From an uncultured Candidatus Bathyarchaeia archaeon (lineage in GTDB: Archaea > Thermoproteota > CALKCG01 > B24), in NCBI GenBank assembly GCA_964568845.1, contig CAZMSC010000003.1:1608-65607 (forward strand): a DNA stretch of 64,000 nucleotides. The letters run 5' to 3'. Positions within the stretch are counted from its first letter, which is position 1, and every line of letters starts with the position of its first letter. Positions 49,038 through 59,246 of this stretch are shown here, one piece after another. The notes below the pieces were generated by a model. The model was not told where the DNA came from and did no database searches. It saw nothing but the letters and a program-made list of their open reading frames with translations. The position numbers and the translations under genes were made by a program.

Positions 49038-49201
49038 CTAGAGGATAGATTATTGAAAACTTCAATAAGTTTTTTTAACAGAGTTTAAACAATCGTCATA
49101 TATATCGAAGATTCCAATACAGATAACGTTAACACTTTCATGTAGAGTAAAACTATGAAAGAGTTAGTTTTATATTGGCTTTACAAACTTAACATTGGCT
49201 A

Positions 49202-49846
49202 GTGGATAAGAGCTGGGGTTTAAACGTTTTAAACGCCCTCCTAGGTTTTTTCGGCCCTGTTGATTTAATCCGGGGAAAGCCCTTTGAAGTCCTTATAGCC
49301 ACCATATTATCCCAACATACTACAGACGTTAAAGCCTACGAAGCCTACAATCGCCTGAACAGAAGATTCAGCATTACACCTGAGGCTTTAGCTTCAGCAC
49401 CACTTGTAGAGGTGGCAGAGGCAATAAAGGTTGCTGGGCTTCAATGGAATAAAGCCAAGGCAATAATTGAATTATCAAGTATTTTAAAGGAAAAGCCGAA
49501 GTTTTTCGAGGAAATCGCGAAACTTAACGTAGATGAGGCTAGAAGGAGGCTTATGGATCTGCCGGGCGTCGGCGAGAAAACCGCAGACATCGTACTGCTA
49601 TTCAGCTACGGTAAACCTACATTTCCAATAGATACGCACATATTTAGGGTTTCAAAGAGGATGGGTCTTAGAAAAGATAGAAATGGATATGAGAAGCTTA
49701 GAAAACGTCTCCTAGAAGTCTTCCCTGAAAACCGCTATTTTGAAGCGCATATACTTCTGATAAAACTCGGTAGAGAATTCTGCAGACCTAAAAGAGCTAA
49801 ATGCAATGCGTGTCCAGTAAACGTTTCATGCCCTAAAATCGTTTAA
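49202..49846 (+). CDS. nth: Endonuclease III
   Basis: LIATILSQ, HhH LPGVG.KTA, DTH, Fe-S C-x6-C-x2-C-x5-C. Confidence 0.93.
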   Translation: MDKSWGLNVLNALLGFFGPVDLIRGKPFEVLIATILSQHTTDVKAYEAYNRLNRRFSITPEALASAPLVEVAEAIKVAGLQWNKAKAIIELSSILKEKPKFFEEIAKLNVDEARRRLMDLPGVGEKTADIVLLFSYGKPTFPIDTHIFRVSKRMGLRKDRNGYEKLRKRLLEVFPENRYFEAHILLIKLGREFCRPKRAKCNACPVNVSCPKIV

Positions 49847-49856
49847 AAACCCGGTC

Positions 49857-51605
49857 TCAGTACTGGACACGCTGACCACAGTATGGGCAGTATAACGCTC
49901 CTCTAGGTAGCCGTGCTCCACAGTATGGGCAGAAGAGCAATTCAGGCTTACTCGGCTTGGGTTTAACCCTCCGCTTATACGCTAGCCTGGCTATGAAGAA
50001 GATTACGAACCCATATGTAATTAAGCACAGTATCGGTGCATTCGCAGCAACCGTCACAGCGCTATTCGCGTATAGCATAGCTCTTGAGTAGTATCCCTTA
50101 CTGTAGGCTTCTAAAGCCATGGATATCAAGATTTGAGCTATAAGTTTGAAAGGCTGTAGGAGAATGCTTAAATCTTCTACGGTCTTCCTAGCCTTTTCCA
50201 TAATGATAGCGATCTCTTCAATCGCCGATACGCCTGTGAAGCCCCACCTTTTAAACATCTCAAGAACCTCTGTAGTATTATTGGCTGCTTGTCCAAGGGC
50301 TGTTATTATCGACGAGTCGTCGTTAACAGAACCCATATCTTTAACCACCTCGAAGAATCGTTTGTAGTATTCAAACCCTCCATATTTATCGCCAAGTGTC
50401 TTAAAGATTTTGTAAGATGCCGCGTAGTACGCGATCACGTTGGATGGCGTTGAACCCATTGACCAAGACTGTACAAACCCATACTTATCACCTATAGTAG
50501 CAAGGATCCTTTCAACCTCACTCCTATGCGTAGAAACAGCCTCCCCGTAGCCTAAGATCCAGCCGATCTCCATACTGAAGTACTCAGCCATACCCTCGTG
50601 GACCCAAAGCCTCGTAGGCCCTACTCCGGCATACCAGACCATGTGGTGGGTAAGCTCATGTAGAGCTATCAACTCTATGGAGCCGCTTATCGTCCTCATG
50701 TAGAATATGTTCAAATGTATATCTCCAGGTTGTCCTCCGGTGAAAGGGACGTATCCACCTAAGCCTGATAAAAGCTCACTTCTACTTGGAAGGAAGAATG
50801 TTACAGTTATATTGGTAACGTTTACACCGAAGACGTCTAGGAAGATCGGTAGGCTTCTGTTGTAAAGGTTTAGAATTCTTCTAGCGTATTCTGCATACCT
50901 TGCAGGTGCATGGAAGCTGAAGATCCCTAGATCATATTCTTCCTCTTTAAGAAGATTTTTCAACGTAAAATATATCATGATGCGGCTGTTTGATTCCGTA
51001 GAACAGCTTACTAGAACGCGGTTTTTTGGAAAACGCGTTATCAAGAGGTTCGACGGCTTTTTAATGGTGGAATCAACTATTATGCTTACGTCATCTGAAG
51101 CTACTGTTGAATTCGGTGGAAGTACTATTTCAGCCGTTCCCTTTAAATCGTTGGCGTACTCTATGTGGGATGAGTAGAATAGCCCGTTGGGTTCAAATAT
51201 GAAGGTGTAAAGTGGAACACTGTAGCTTATAGTTAGATTTATGAATTTAGATGCCGAAGTAAAGCTGAAGGTGAAGTTTTCCCAGAATGGATCTAGAGAC
51301 CCATACCGGGAAATGCTTTTAACCTCTACATTATTTAAAACGGCGTCTGATACAACGTAGCTCCAGTTCAAATATGATGGTACTGTTATCCATGAGGAGC
51401 CATGGGATAAACCGCTATAAATCAAATTGATTGATATGAACGTATTTCCATCCTCATCTATGTCGTAGACGTATAGTATTCGCCCATGAACTGCTGGAGC
51501 TGCTTGAACCCATCTGACATATAAGGGGGAAGTTGTAAAAACCGTTAAGATTAACGTAGACAGTATGAGTTTAGCGTTTAATTTGATTTTCACGTTAAAC
51601 CCCAA
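49857..51605 (-). CDS. Exported gluzincin-type metallopeptidase with C-terminal TM anchor and cytoplasmic double zinc ribbon
   Basis: Signal-like N-terminus, HELTH...EGMAEY, C-terminal TM then CPYCG..LP..A.YCPYCG. Confidence 0.8.
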   Translation of the reverse strand: MGFNVKIKLNAKLILSTLILTVFTTSPLYVRWVQAAPAVHGRILYVYDIDEDGNTFISINLIYSGLSHGSSWITVPSYLNWSYVVSDAVLNNVEVKSISRYGSLDPFWENFTFSFTSASKFINLTISYSVPLYTFIFEPNGLFYSSHIEYANDLKGTAEIVLPPNSTVASDDVSIIVDSTIKKPSNLLITRFPKNRVLVSCSTESNSRIMIYFTLKNLLKEEEYDLGIFSFHAPARYAEYARRILNLYNRSLPIFLDVFGVNVTNITVTFFLPSRSELLSGLGGYVPFTGGQPGDIHLNIFYMRTISGSIELIALHELTHHMVWYAGVGPTRLWVHEGMAEYFSMEIGWILGYGEAVSTHRSEVERILATIGDKYGFVQSWSMGSTPSNVIAYYAASYKIFKTLGDKYGGFEYYKRFFEVVKDMGSVNDDSSIITALGQAANNTTEVLEMFKRWGFTGVSAIEEIAIIMEKARKTVEDLSILLQPFKLIAQILISMALEAYSKGYYSRAMLYANSAVTVAANAPILCLITYGFVIFFIARLAYKRRVKPKPSKPELLFCPYCGARLPRGALYCPYCGQRVQY

Positions 51606-51777
51606 CCTATATTATATGCTTACTGCTTTAAAGTAGAAAACTTACATAGATAAACATATCTTTTCACGGTTTTAATGAAGGACAAATAAAATTCAAGTGA
51701 ACAAGATAACTTCTATATGGATACTATTAAAATGCATTTAAGGTCATGAATAGAGAGAACAGTCAATGTATCAAAAT

Positions 51778-52005
51778 CTAATATACCTTTCTCTGAACAT
51801 TCTCTTTGCTTTCAGCAATTTTACCTTCCCATTTGCAATAGCGCAGTTCTAAAAGTCCTAGATGGGTTTCACATAAGGCGATTTCACGCGCATGCTTGGG
51901 GAGGACTAGGCGAAACTTGCCACCATACCAGCATTCCAAGTAAATGCCCGTACGTCTAAGCCATTTACAGTCAAGGCAAGTTCTCCTACTACTCATATCC
52001 CCCAC
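51778..52005 (-). CDS. Small Cys-rich hypothetical protein
   Basis: CLDCKW...EC...C...C; GAGGG upstream. Confidence 0.5.
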   Translation of the reverse strand: MGDMSSRRTCLDCKWLRRTGIYLECWYGGKFRLVLPKHAREIALCETHLGLLELRYCKWEGKIAESKENVQRKVY

Positions 52006-52368
52006 CCTCAGCTGGTAATGTTAAATTCCACTCTATAATGAAGGTGACGCTTAACAGGGAATTTAAAATTTTACATCGACTTTTTTAAAGAAATTAACTT
52101 AAAAATGTATATCGAAGACCGTTTTGAAATCTTTAAAAACTCAAAGTCCATAAACTGTAAGAAAAAACTCTATAATAGTTCGTCTGAACCGTATTGGATT
52201 TCCAAGAAGGCTTTGAGGCTTACGGTAGTAGAGTTACCTTGCGAGTTGCATATCCATAGTGGACTACACATTTCCATAGCGGTTCTTCTCCTTAGCTTAA
52301 TAAACTGAATGTAAGAGACCGCGCTGGAAACCTTTATCTTATACTATTCTCGCTTTTATGGTCGGACC

Positions 52369-53343
52369 ATGATTATATTAACGCATGGAGACTGCGACGG
52401 CGTCTGCTCAGCAGCTATAGTTAAAATAGTATATCCACGTGCAGAAGTCTACTTTACAAACCCGTCTAGACTTTTATCAGATTTGAAGAAGTTTAACGCT
52501 TCAGATGAGCTTACCGTATGCGACATAGCCTTAAACGAAGGCGAGTGGTCTTTAGTAGAAGATGAGCTTAGAAGAATATCCCAGGGTTTTGAAGCAGTCT
52601 ACATAGACCACCATCCACTACCGGTAGATTTTCCGAGAGGACTTAGATCCGGTGTTAAAATCTACCATAGAGAAGACATGTGTGCTTCTCAAATAGCCTA
52701 CATAGTTTACAGTGGCAGAATGGAGGAACATATGCAAAAGTGGGCGGCGGTGTTAGCCACTTACGGAGCGATAGCAGATTACACTGAGGATACACCTCCT
52801 GCTTCAGAGCTTATAAACGCGATCGATAGGAGAGTGCTCTACCTTGAATCTGGAATATTGAGTGAAGCGTTGATAGTGAAGCACGACGAAAGTTTCAAAA
52901 AAGCTGTAATTGAAGATTTAATTAAAGGAGTTAAACCAAGCCAAATACCTAAACTAGTCGACTATGCAGTTGAAGCATTAAAGCTGGAGTATGAAGTATA
53001 CAGCTACGTTGAAGAGTATACCCGTAGAGTGGGAAACGTTGCGGTTGTGATGAACCTGCCACATAGGGGGTTCCTAGGCAAAGCAGCCATCTACTCGATA
53101 TATGTGTCAGGAGCCAGCGTCGGATGTGCTGTAGCTTTAAAAGATAGGGTTGCTGAATTGAGTTTAAGGACTAGAGATCCCATGATAAACTTGGGCGCTA
53201 TAGTGAGGAGAGTAGCAAAAACCTTCGGAGGAAGAGGGGGAGGCCATAGTAAAGCCTGTGGCGCCGAACTCCCAGAGGATGCCGTTGAAGACTTCATAAG
53301 TACTGTTAACTCTCTGGTTTCCAGAGGCTCTGGAAGCTCCTAA
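52369..53343 (+). CDS. DHH/DHHA1 phosphoesterase
   Basis: THGDCDG, CD, IDHH, SLR, GGGH..ACGA. Confidence 0.9.
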   Translation: MIILTHGDCDGVCSAAIVKIVYPRAEVYFTNPSRLLSDLKKFNASDELTVCDIALNEGEWSLVEDELRRISQGFEAVYIDHHPLPVDFPRGLRSGVKIYHREDMCASQIAYIVYSGRMEEHMQKWAAVLATYGAIADYTEDTPPASELINAIDRRVLYLESGILSEALIVKHDESFKKAVIEDLIKGVKPSQIPKLVDYAVEALKLEYEVYSYVEEYTRRVGNVAVVMNLPHRGFLGKAAIYSIYVSGASVGCAVALKDRVAELSLRTRDPMINLGAIVRRVAKTFGGRGGGHSKACGAELPEDAVEDFISTVNSLVSRGSGSS

Positions 53344-55273
53344 CGGCTTTAGCCAAATTCTCAACCTTTCTAAAGATTCGCATATTTCTACGCCAATCTT
53401 CAGGAAGCTTTTCAGCTATACGTCCAATAGTTCTACTATCCATGATCACTATTATCCCCCTATCCTCCGGTCTTCTTATTAAGCGTCCTGCGGCTTGAGC
53501 TAAGGCGTTTACACATGGATTTAAATTTGCATATTCATAACCCTTCTTACCAAACTTCTCGGTAAAGTATTTGGTTAATGCGTCTTGAAGCTCAGTCTTC
53601 TTAGGATAGGGTAAACCAACTATTACGACCGCCGACAGTAGGGAACCCACTTCATCTGAAAAGTCTACGCCTTCACTAACCTTTCCCCTTGCAACAGCCA
53701 TGATAGTCGAATTGCTATTAGCCGTTAGGAATCTGTAGACGTCTTCAAAAGCCGTATCTTCATCTTCATATATGACTGGAGTTTCAAAGTCTCCATAGTA
53801 CTGTTTAATCGCATTCATCACATCATAAGAGGGGAAGAAGAAGGCCATAGCACCTTCAACAGACTTCCTTAAAACTTTAATATGTTCAGCTATCTTAACC
53901 CACTCTTCTTCACACCTCTTAGCAAATTTAGTTGTCACAGCTATATCTATGAAAATTGCCCTATTCTCCTCTGGAAACGGATATGGAAGTTCAAGCCTAT
54001 CAACACGGTTCTTGTCTAAGCCTAAGACTTCAACGTAGTAGTCCATATCCCAGAGCGTTCCAGACATAAGCGTGGCTGCGTAAACGTCGTTCAGCACGGA
54101 TGCCGCAGGAGATGGATCTAGAAGCCTTAAACCAATCCTATAGTTTAGAGAGCCGTCTCTGAAAGTAAAACCTTCAACATACTTTACGAAGTTAGAAAAC
54201 TCAGATTCAATAAAATGCTCTAAGAATGCGCCGACTCTAGACGTGTAGGAGATGGGCGGTAAACCTTCAGAAATCTTCATAGACCTTATGGCTTCACCCT
54301 CATCTTGGAAAAATCTAGCAAACTCTGAAAGCTCACTGTAGCGGCTGGCGTTTAAGGCATCGCTTAGTACACCCTTAAGATAAGAGCCCTCCAGAAGCTT
54401 GACTTCATCTGGTTGGACCTGGAGGCTCTCACCAAGCCTTTTAACAGCGGTTAAGAAACTTCTTAAGTATTCAGCGGCATTTGAACCGTAACGTTCACAC
54501 TCTCTAAGAGCCCTCTCTAGGGAGATCGTTGAAATAGTTTCTGTAGTCAACTCCGTCAGGTAGTTTGGTAGCGAGTGAGCTTCATCGACGACGCATATAA
54601 CGTCTTCAAGGTGTATAGAGGCTTTAGCGAAGACGTTCTCCCTAACAGCGTCCATGAAAAGATAGTTGTAACTTCCAACAACAACATCCGACTTCTTCAA
54701 AAGGAGCTTAGAAACCTCGTATGGACATAACCCTAAGTCCACACATAGCTTGAAAACTTCATGTGGAGTTGAAGCCCCAAACTCCTCAAGTTTATCTAGG
54801 GCTTTTAAAGCACTCCACGATGGATGTCTACCGGAGAAAGTAGACTCGTAAAATTTACATTTCTCATTTAGGGAGTGGCTTCTGAGGCTTTTACAGTATT
54901 TTAGGAAGTCTCCGTAGGGTATACTTTTAATGTCTTCAGAAGAAGCCTTGGGACACATGTGTTTTCGGCTCGTCAGTGGAACTACCGTGACCTTCTCCGA
55001 TGAGAATTGAGATATTCTCCTAGCCTCTCTACAGTAAATCTCAAGCTGATTTCTAGTCCTCGTTAGAACAAGAAGCCTCTTAGATAATCCGAGGCTTCTA
55101 ATAGCCATATAAGCTGTTAAAACAGATACGCTTTTACCCGTCCCACACGGGCTTGAAAGAAGCGCAATTCTACCGTTTTTAAAAGCTTCAAATAAGAAAC
55201 GTATGGCTTTAAGCTGTCCGATCCTGTAAGACTTATAGGGGAAAAACTTAGCGAAAGGCTCTTTATGCTCCAC
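53306..55273 (-). CDS. xpd: XPD/Rad3-family Fe-S DNA helicase
   Basis: Q motif, SPCGTGKS, four Fe-S Cys, DEAH, SGT, FPSY, SEGVD, QAAGR.IR; start placed at a GTG. Confidence 0.9.
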   Translation of the reverse strand: MEHKEPFAKFFPYKSYRIGQLKAIRFLFEAFKNGRIALLSSPCGTGKSVSVLTAYMAIRSLGLSKRLLVLTRTRNQLEIYCREARRISQFSSEKVTVVPLTSRKHMCPKASSEDIKSIPYGDFLKYCKSLRSHSLNEKCKFYESTFSGRHPSWSALKALDKLEEFGASTPHEVFKLCVDLGLCPYEVSKLLLKKSDVVVGSYNYLFMDAVRENVFAKASIHLEDVICVVDEAHSLPNYLTELTTETISTISLERALRECERYGSNAAEYLRSFLTAVKRLGESLQVQPDEVKLLEGSYLKGVLSDALNASRYSELSEFARFFQDEGEAIRSMKISEGLPPISYTSRVGAFLEHFIESEFSNFVKYVEGFTFRDGSLNYRIGLRLLDPSPAASVLNDVYAATLMSGTLWDMDYYVEVLGLDKNRVDRLELPYPFPEENRAIFIDIAVTTKFAKRCEEEWVKIAEHIKVLRKSVEGAMAFFFPSYDVMNAIKQYYGDFETPVIYEDEDTAFEDVYRFLTANSNSTIMAVARGKVSEGVDFSDEVGSLLSAVVIVGLPYPKKTELQDALTKYFTEKFGKKGYEYANLNPCVNALAQAAGRLIRRPEDRGIIVIMDSRTIGRIAEKLPEDWRRNMRIFRKVENLAKAVRSFQSLWKPES

Positions 55274-55342
55274 AAGACTATAACTATGAACTCTGAAGTT
55301 TAAGCTTTTTAGAATCTTCAAAGTATAAATTTTCGGGAGCGG

Positions 55343-55828
55343 ATGAATTTGAAAATACTCTGGGCTCCTTGGAGAGCCAGCTACGTAGAGAAGCCTGGAG
55401 AAAACTGTATATTTTGTAAGAAAGTTCGTGAAAACAAAGACGAGGAAAACCTAATAATTTTAAGGGGGCAGAGGAGCTTTATAATGCTTAACCGTTACCC
55501 ATACAACACTGGTCATCTCATGATAGCCCCCTATAGGCACGTTGCTGATATCGAAGATCTCACTGAAGACGAGGCTGTGGAAATTTTCAAACTTTTAAGG
55601 GAGTCCATCAAGGCGGTTAAAAAGGCGTTTAAACCGGACGGTTTTAACATAGGTGTAAACCTTGGCAGAGCCGCTGGAGCGGGTGTAGAAGGTCATATAC
55701 ACATCCATGCAGTCCCAAGGTGGCTTGGCGATACGAACTTCATGCCTGTAACAGCAAATACGAAAGTCATGCCTATATCCCTAGAAGAGGCTTATGAAAG
55801 GATTAAAAGAATCATACAATCTTGTTGA
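55343..55828 (+). CDS. HIT-family hydrolase
   Basis: LWAPWR..Y, CIFC, N.YPYN.GH, HIHIH triad. Confidence 0.93.
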   Translation: MNLKILWAPWRASYVEKPGENCIFCKKVRENKDEENLIILRGQRSFIMLNRYPYNTGHLMIAPYRHVADIEDLTEDEAVEIFKLLRESIKAVKKAFKPDGFNIGVNLGRAAGAGVEGHIHIHAVPRWLGDTNFMPVTANTKVMPISLEEAYERIKRIIQSC

Positions 55829-55854
55829 AAGTAAGGGGTGGACATTAAGACATT

Positions 55855-56541
55855 TTAACCGTATATTAACGTTCCGATTTTAACTCCTTTAACGGCTAAT
55901 TCAATATTATCGGGTTTAAAGCCGTTTAATACTATGGTCTTGATCTTATGTTTAGCTATCAGTTTAGCCGCTTTTGGATCTATTATGGTTTTCAAACCAG
56001 CCTTGTAGCGTATACGCCCAAACATGTTTTTAAGCTCCTCAAAACTTAAATTGTCAATTTTGGACGCATCAAAATGTTTTGAAGGGTCTTTATTGTAAAT
56101 ACCATCTCTATCCGTGGCTTTAATAAGCATATCAAAGCCCAATTTAACAGCCGCGAGGACGGCTACAGTATCCGTAGTCATGCCGGGTTTAATACCACCC
56201 ATAACCACGACGTTATACTTCTTAAGCAGTTTAGAAGCCTCAGATATCCTTCCGGGAATCATCACCGGGGCTGTTGGCTTAAGCGCTTCAGCTAATAGTT
56301 GAGCGACAACCCGTGAAGCTTGTATAGCCACTCTATCCTGGCTCTCCTGAGACATTTTCATGGCTTTTGCACCATCTATGAACATTCTAGCCAGTCCACC
56401 TCCTCCAGTTACGGCAAGCACTTTAAAACCTTCCAGAGAGAGCCTATCTAAAATTTTAGAGTACTCTAGTATAAGCCACGGATTTAACGGAGAAGCTATG
56501 ACAGAGCCACCTATTCTAAGCACTATATTCAAAGCAGACAC
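55855..56541 (-). CDS. pyrH: Archaeal UMP kinase
   Basis: IGGS, GGG..AR.FI, MGG..PG.TTD.VA, DGIY.KDP, IDP.A. Confidence 0.9.
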   Translation of the reverse strand: MSALNIVLRIGGSVIASPLNPWLILEYSKILDRLSLEGFKVLAVTGGGGLARMFIDGAKAMKMSQESQDRVAIQASRVVAQLLAEALKPTAPVMIPGRISEASKLLKKYNVVVMGGIKPGMTTDTVAVLAAVKLGFDMLIKATDRDGIYNKDPSKHFDASKIDNLSFEELKNMFGRIRYKAGLKTIIDPKAAKLIAKHKIKTIVLNGFKPDNIELAVKGVKIGTLIYG

Positions 56542-56606
56542 CGCCTAAATTTATTTAAACTTTCTCAAGCATAATTTAAAATGTTAACTGTCAAGGGGAG
56601 AGGTTT

Positions 56607-58871
56607 TTGAGTAGGGTTAAGAGAGGTTTTTCAAATCAAGTTTTTCAAGTTCTTTCCTCACCAATTAGGTTTGAAGTTTTAAGACTACTCAGACTTAACC
56701 GTACCCTAACGTATAGTGAAATTATGGATAAACTCGGTTTAGAGCCGGCCAAACACGCTGGCAAGTTTGCATATCATCTTAGAAGCCTTATAAAAGCTAG
56801 ACTTATTGAAAAAGCAGACGATGGAAAAACCTATCGGCTTACAGACCTTGGAGTTAGAGTTTTAGAATTTGCTCAAGAGCTCAACGAGTACCTTCTGAAG
56901 AAGGCTGGTAAGCTTCTCGTTAGAAGCTCCAGAATGGCCATAGAGGAGTTCGATAGATTTAGAATAGTTAGTAGCCTAGTTAAAGAAGCACAGGTTCCTT
57001 TAGACTTGGCAGAATCCATATCGCTTGAAGTTGAGAGGAGGCTTGTAAATCTGCAAGTTAAATACTTAACAGCACCACTTATACGTGAGATCGTTAATGC
57101 CGTCCTCATAGAGAAGGGACTTGAAGAGTATAGACATAGACTTACGAGACTCGGCCTTCCAGTTTACGACGTTGTCAAAACTTTTGAAAAAGCCAGTGCG
57201 ATGAAGATGCATGTTGAAGACGTTAGAGAAATAGCTGGTGAAGCAGTTTTAAGAGAATACACCCTTTTAAACGTCCTACCGAGAGACGTCGCTGACGCGT
57301 ATTTAAGCGGAGACATACATTTAGAACTTTTAGGATCCTGGATTCTCAGACCGGATATAGTCCAGCACGATATACGGCTGATCCTAACAGGTAAGTTTCC
57401 AAACCTGCCGAGTAAATATCCGACGACGTTAACATCCGCCTTAAATAGGCTCAGGATCGCTGCTTATAACAGTAGTTTCGAAGTGAACGTAGATCAAGGA
57501 TTTGACATGTTTAACATCTTCCTAGCACCTTTAGCTAGAGGGAAGAGACCCGTAGAGATCAAACGTGCAGTTCAAATATTTATAGAGTCTCTACGGGTCT
57601 CTTCAACCCTAAACGTGAACTTTGGATTGGAAATCGGTTTAAATCGGGCTATTGAAAATCTTAAAACCTCGTCAGGTGGAGAAGTTTATGGAGACTATCA
57701 AGATGAGGCTTTAATGTTTGCACAGGCTTTCATAGATGTTTTGAAAAAAGAGTTTTCAAGAGCCCCGTTATACAACATCAATCTAATAGTTAAGGTTAGG
57801 GAGGGGTCTCTAAAAGGCGAATGGGTTGAACTGGTGAAGGATATACACGACGTTATGAGACTTGGTGTGCCTACAATAATAGCCAATTTAACCGATGTAA
57901 ACGATAATATCAGCTTTTCAAGCTACGGATTTAGGTTTGAAGCCTTCTCAGATTGGGAAGTAGAGACCTTAGCGGTGCCTATGATTGCAGACGTCTCCAT
58001 AAACATGCCTAGACTTGCTCAAATATCTAAGGGAAGTGATGAACGCCTCTGGGAAAATTTGCAGAAAACAGTTGATAGAGCTATTGAGGCCATACGTATC
58101 AGGAAGGAGGCTTTAGAGAATCGTATTAAAGAGGGGCTACTACCGACAATTTCACAGCCAGATGATCCATATATAAGGTTTAAAGCTATTTTCTCAACCC
58201 TCGGATTAATTGGACTCAACGAGGCCACTATTATACACACGGGTGCAGATCTTTCAAATGCATCATCGCAGGCTATTATGATTAAAACGTTAAGGCGTAT
58301 ACGTTCGTGGTTAGATGCGAGTAGGGATAAAGTAGGATTGACAAGCATATGTGGGGAAGAAGCTGCGTCAAGACTTATAAATTTAGACCTCAACAACTAC
58401 GGTAAATCCATCTTAAACAGCCAAGGCTTCAGAAGGGAGCCATACTACACTGATGTATGCATAGTACCCCTTGAATATGATGTACCGCTTTCCAAGAGGC
58501 TTGAAATAGAGGAGAAAGTGGGGTCTATTATGAACTACGGAACACTTCCAGTCATAGAGGTAAACTCAGACGAAACCGACTGCGAAATGCTCTTCAAGAC
58601 GACGCTATACATACTGTCTAAACATAAGCAACTTAGATGCTTCACGTATTCAACGTTTATAACATATTGTAGACGTTGCTCTGAAGTGTTTGAAGGCTAC
58701 TGGGACAGATGCCCGAAATGCCACAACGTGACCACAGTAGTTCAATATGGTAGAACTCCTTCTCTGGTTAAACCGATGTACAGATGGACCCTTGAAAAAA
58801 GGGCAAATATACCTTTGAGGAGAATTTACAGCGTTAAAGACTTTGAACCTCTAACCTCAACCTTAAGCTAG
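56607..58871 (+). CDS. wHTH + ATP-cone + NrdD (class III RNR)-like protein, apparently catalytically degenerate
   Basis: aa ~8-95 ArsR-like wHTH; aa ~103-171 ATP-cone; NrdD core motifs RLG.PVYD, A...GDIH, Q.FD.FN.FLAP, SINMPRLA, G.IGLNE, YYT, CxxC-x11-CxxC; the RxxG glycyl motif is absent. Confidence 0.85.
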   Translation: MSRVKRGFSNQVFQVLSSPIRFEVLRLLRLNRTLTYSEIMDKLGLEPAKHAGKFAYHLRSLIKARLIEKADDGKTYRLTDLGVRVLEFAQELNEYLLKKAGKLLVRSSRMAIEEFDRFRIVSSLVKEAQVPLDLAESISLEVERRLVNLQVKYLTAPLIREIVNAVLIEKGLEEYRHRLTRLGLPVYDVVKTFEKASAMKMHVEDVREIAGEAVLREYTLLNVLPRDVADAYLSGDIHLELLGSWILRPDIVQHDIRLILTGKFPNLPSKYPTTLTSALNRLRIAAYNSSFEVNVDQGFDMFNIFLAPLARGKRPVEIKRAVQIFIESLRVSSTLNVNFGLEIGLNRAIENLKTSSGGEVYGDYQDEALMFAQAFIDVLKKEFSRAPLYNINLIVKVREGSLKGEWVELVKDIHDVMRLGVPTIIANLTDVNDNISFSSYGFRFEAFSDWEVETLAVPMIADVSINMPRLAQISKGSDERLWENLQKTVDRAIEAIRIRKEALENRIKEGLLPTISQPDDPYIRFKAIFSTLGLIGLNEATIIHTGADLSNASSQAIMIKTLRRIRSWLDASRDKVGLTSICGEEAASRLINLDLNNYGKSILNSQGFRREPYYTDVCIVPLEYDVPLSKRLEIEEKVGSIMNYGTLPVIEVNSDETDCEMLFKTTLYILSKHKQLRCFTYSTFITYCRRCSEVFEGYWDRCPKCHNVTTVVQYGRTPSLVKPMYRWTLEKRANIPLRRIYSVKDFEPLTSTLS

Positions 58872-58879
58872 CGTGAGCT

Positions 58880-59038
58880 AACCAAGCCTATTATTTCTTG
58901 AATGTTTTTCTAATAGGGTAGGTCTGTGTTGCTGATGCTAACTGTAAGAAAATACTCTTTCCTTGGGTTTCTTGAGATAAAAATACTTCCCTCACCATCG
59001 AAGGATCTTGCAATATAAGCTGTTTCATATTCTTCCAT
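58880..59038 (-). pseudogene. LAGLIDADG homing endonuclease remnant
   Basis: MEEYETAYIARSFDGEGSIFISRNPRKEYFLTVSISNTDLPY* (59038-58910), continuing after a frameshift as NIQEIIG. Confidence 0.75.
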
Positions 59039-59155
59039 AGGAGGAACACAAACCTAATTGGGTTGGGAACAATATATAAGCTTTTCAGCCTTGTATTCTA
59101 ATTGAGGAAGTCCCCCCAGAAGGTGCCAAGAATTCTTCCAGCTAAGTTGTGGCTT

Positions 59156-59246
59156 CTAATCAGAGTGCCCCTTCAACTTATCTAATATCTTCTTGGTTTC
59201 CTAGTTGATTTTTATTGACTTACACACAGGTGTATACCGAGGTATA
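59156..59246 (-). pseudogene. RHH/VapB-like antitoxin remnant with upstream palindrome
   Basis: GTG start at 59227: CKSIKIN*ETKKILDKLK; TATACC-GA-GGTATA at 59233-59246. Confidence 0.5.

Noticed and set aside
56607..58871. Intein in, or normal enzymatic annotation of, the NrdD-like gene
   Set aside because: No intein splice motifs or extra length; the radical Gly motif is missing, so the nrdD symbol was withheld.
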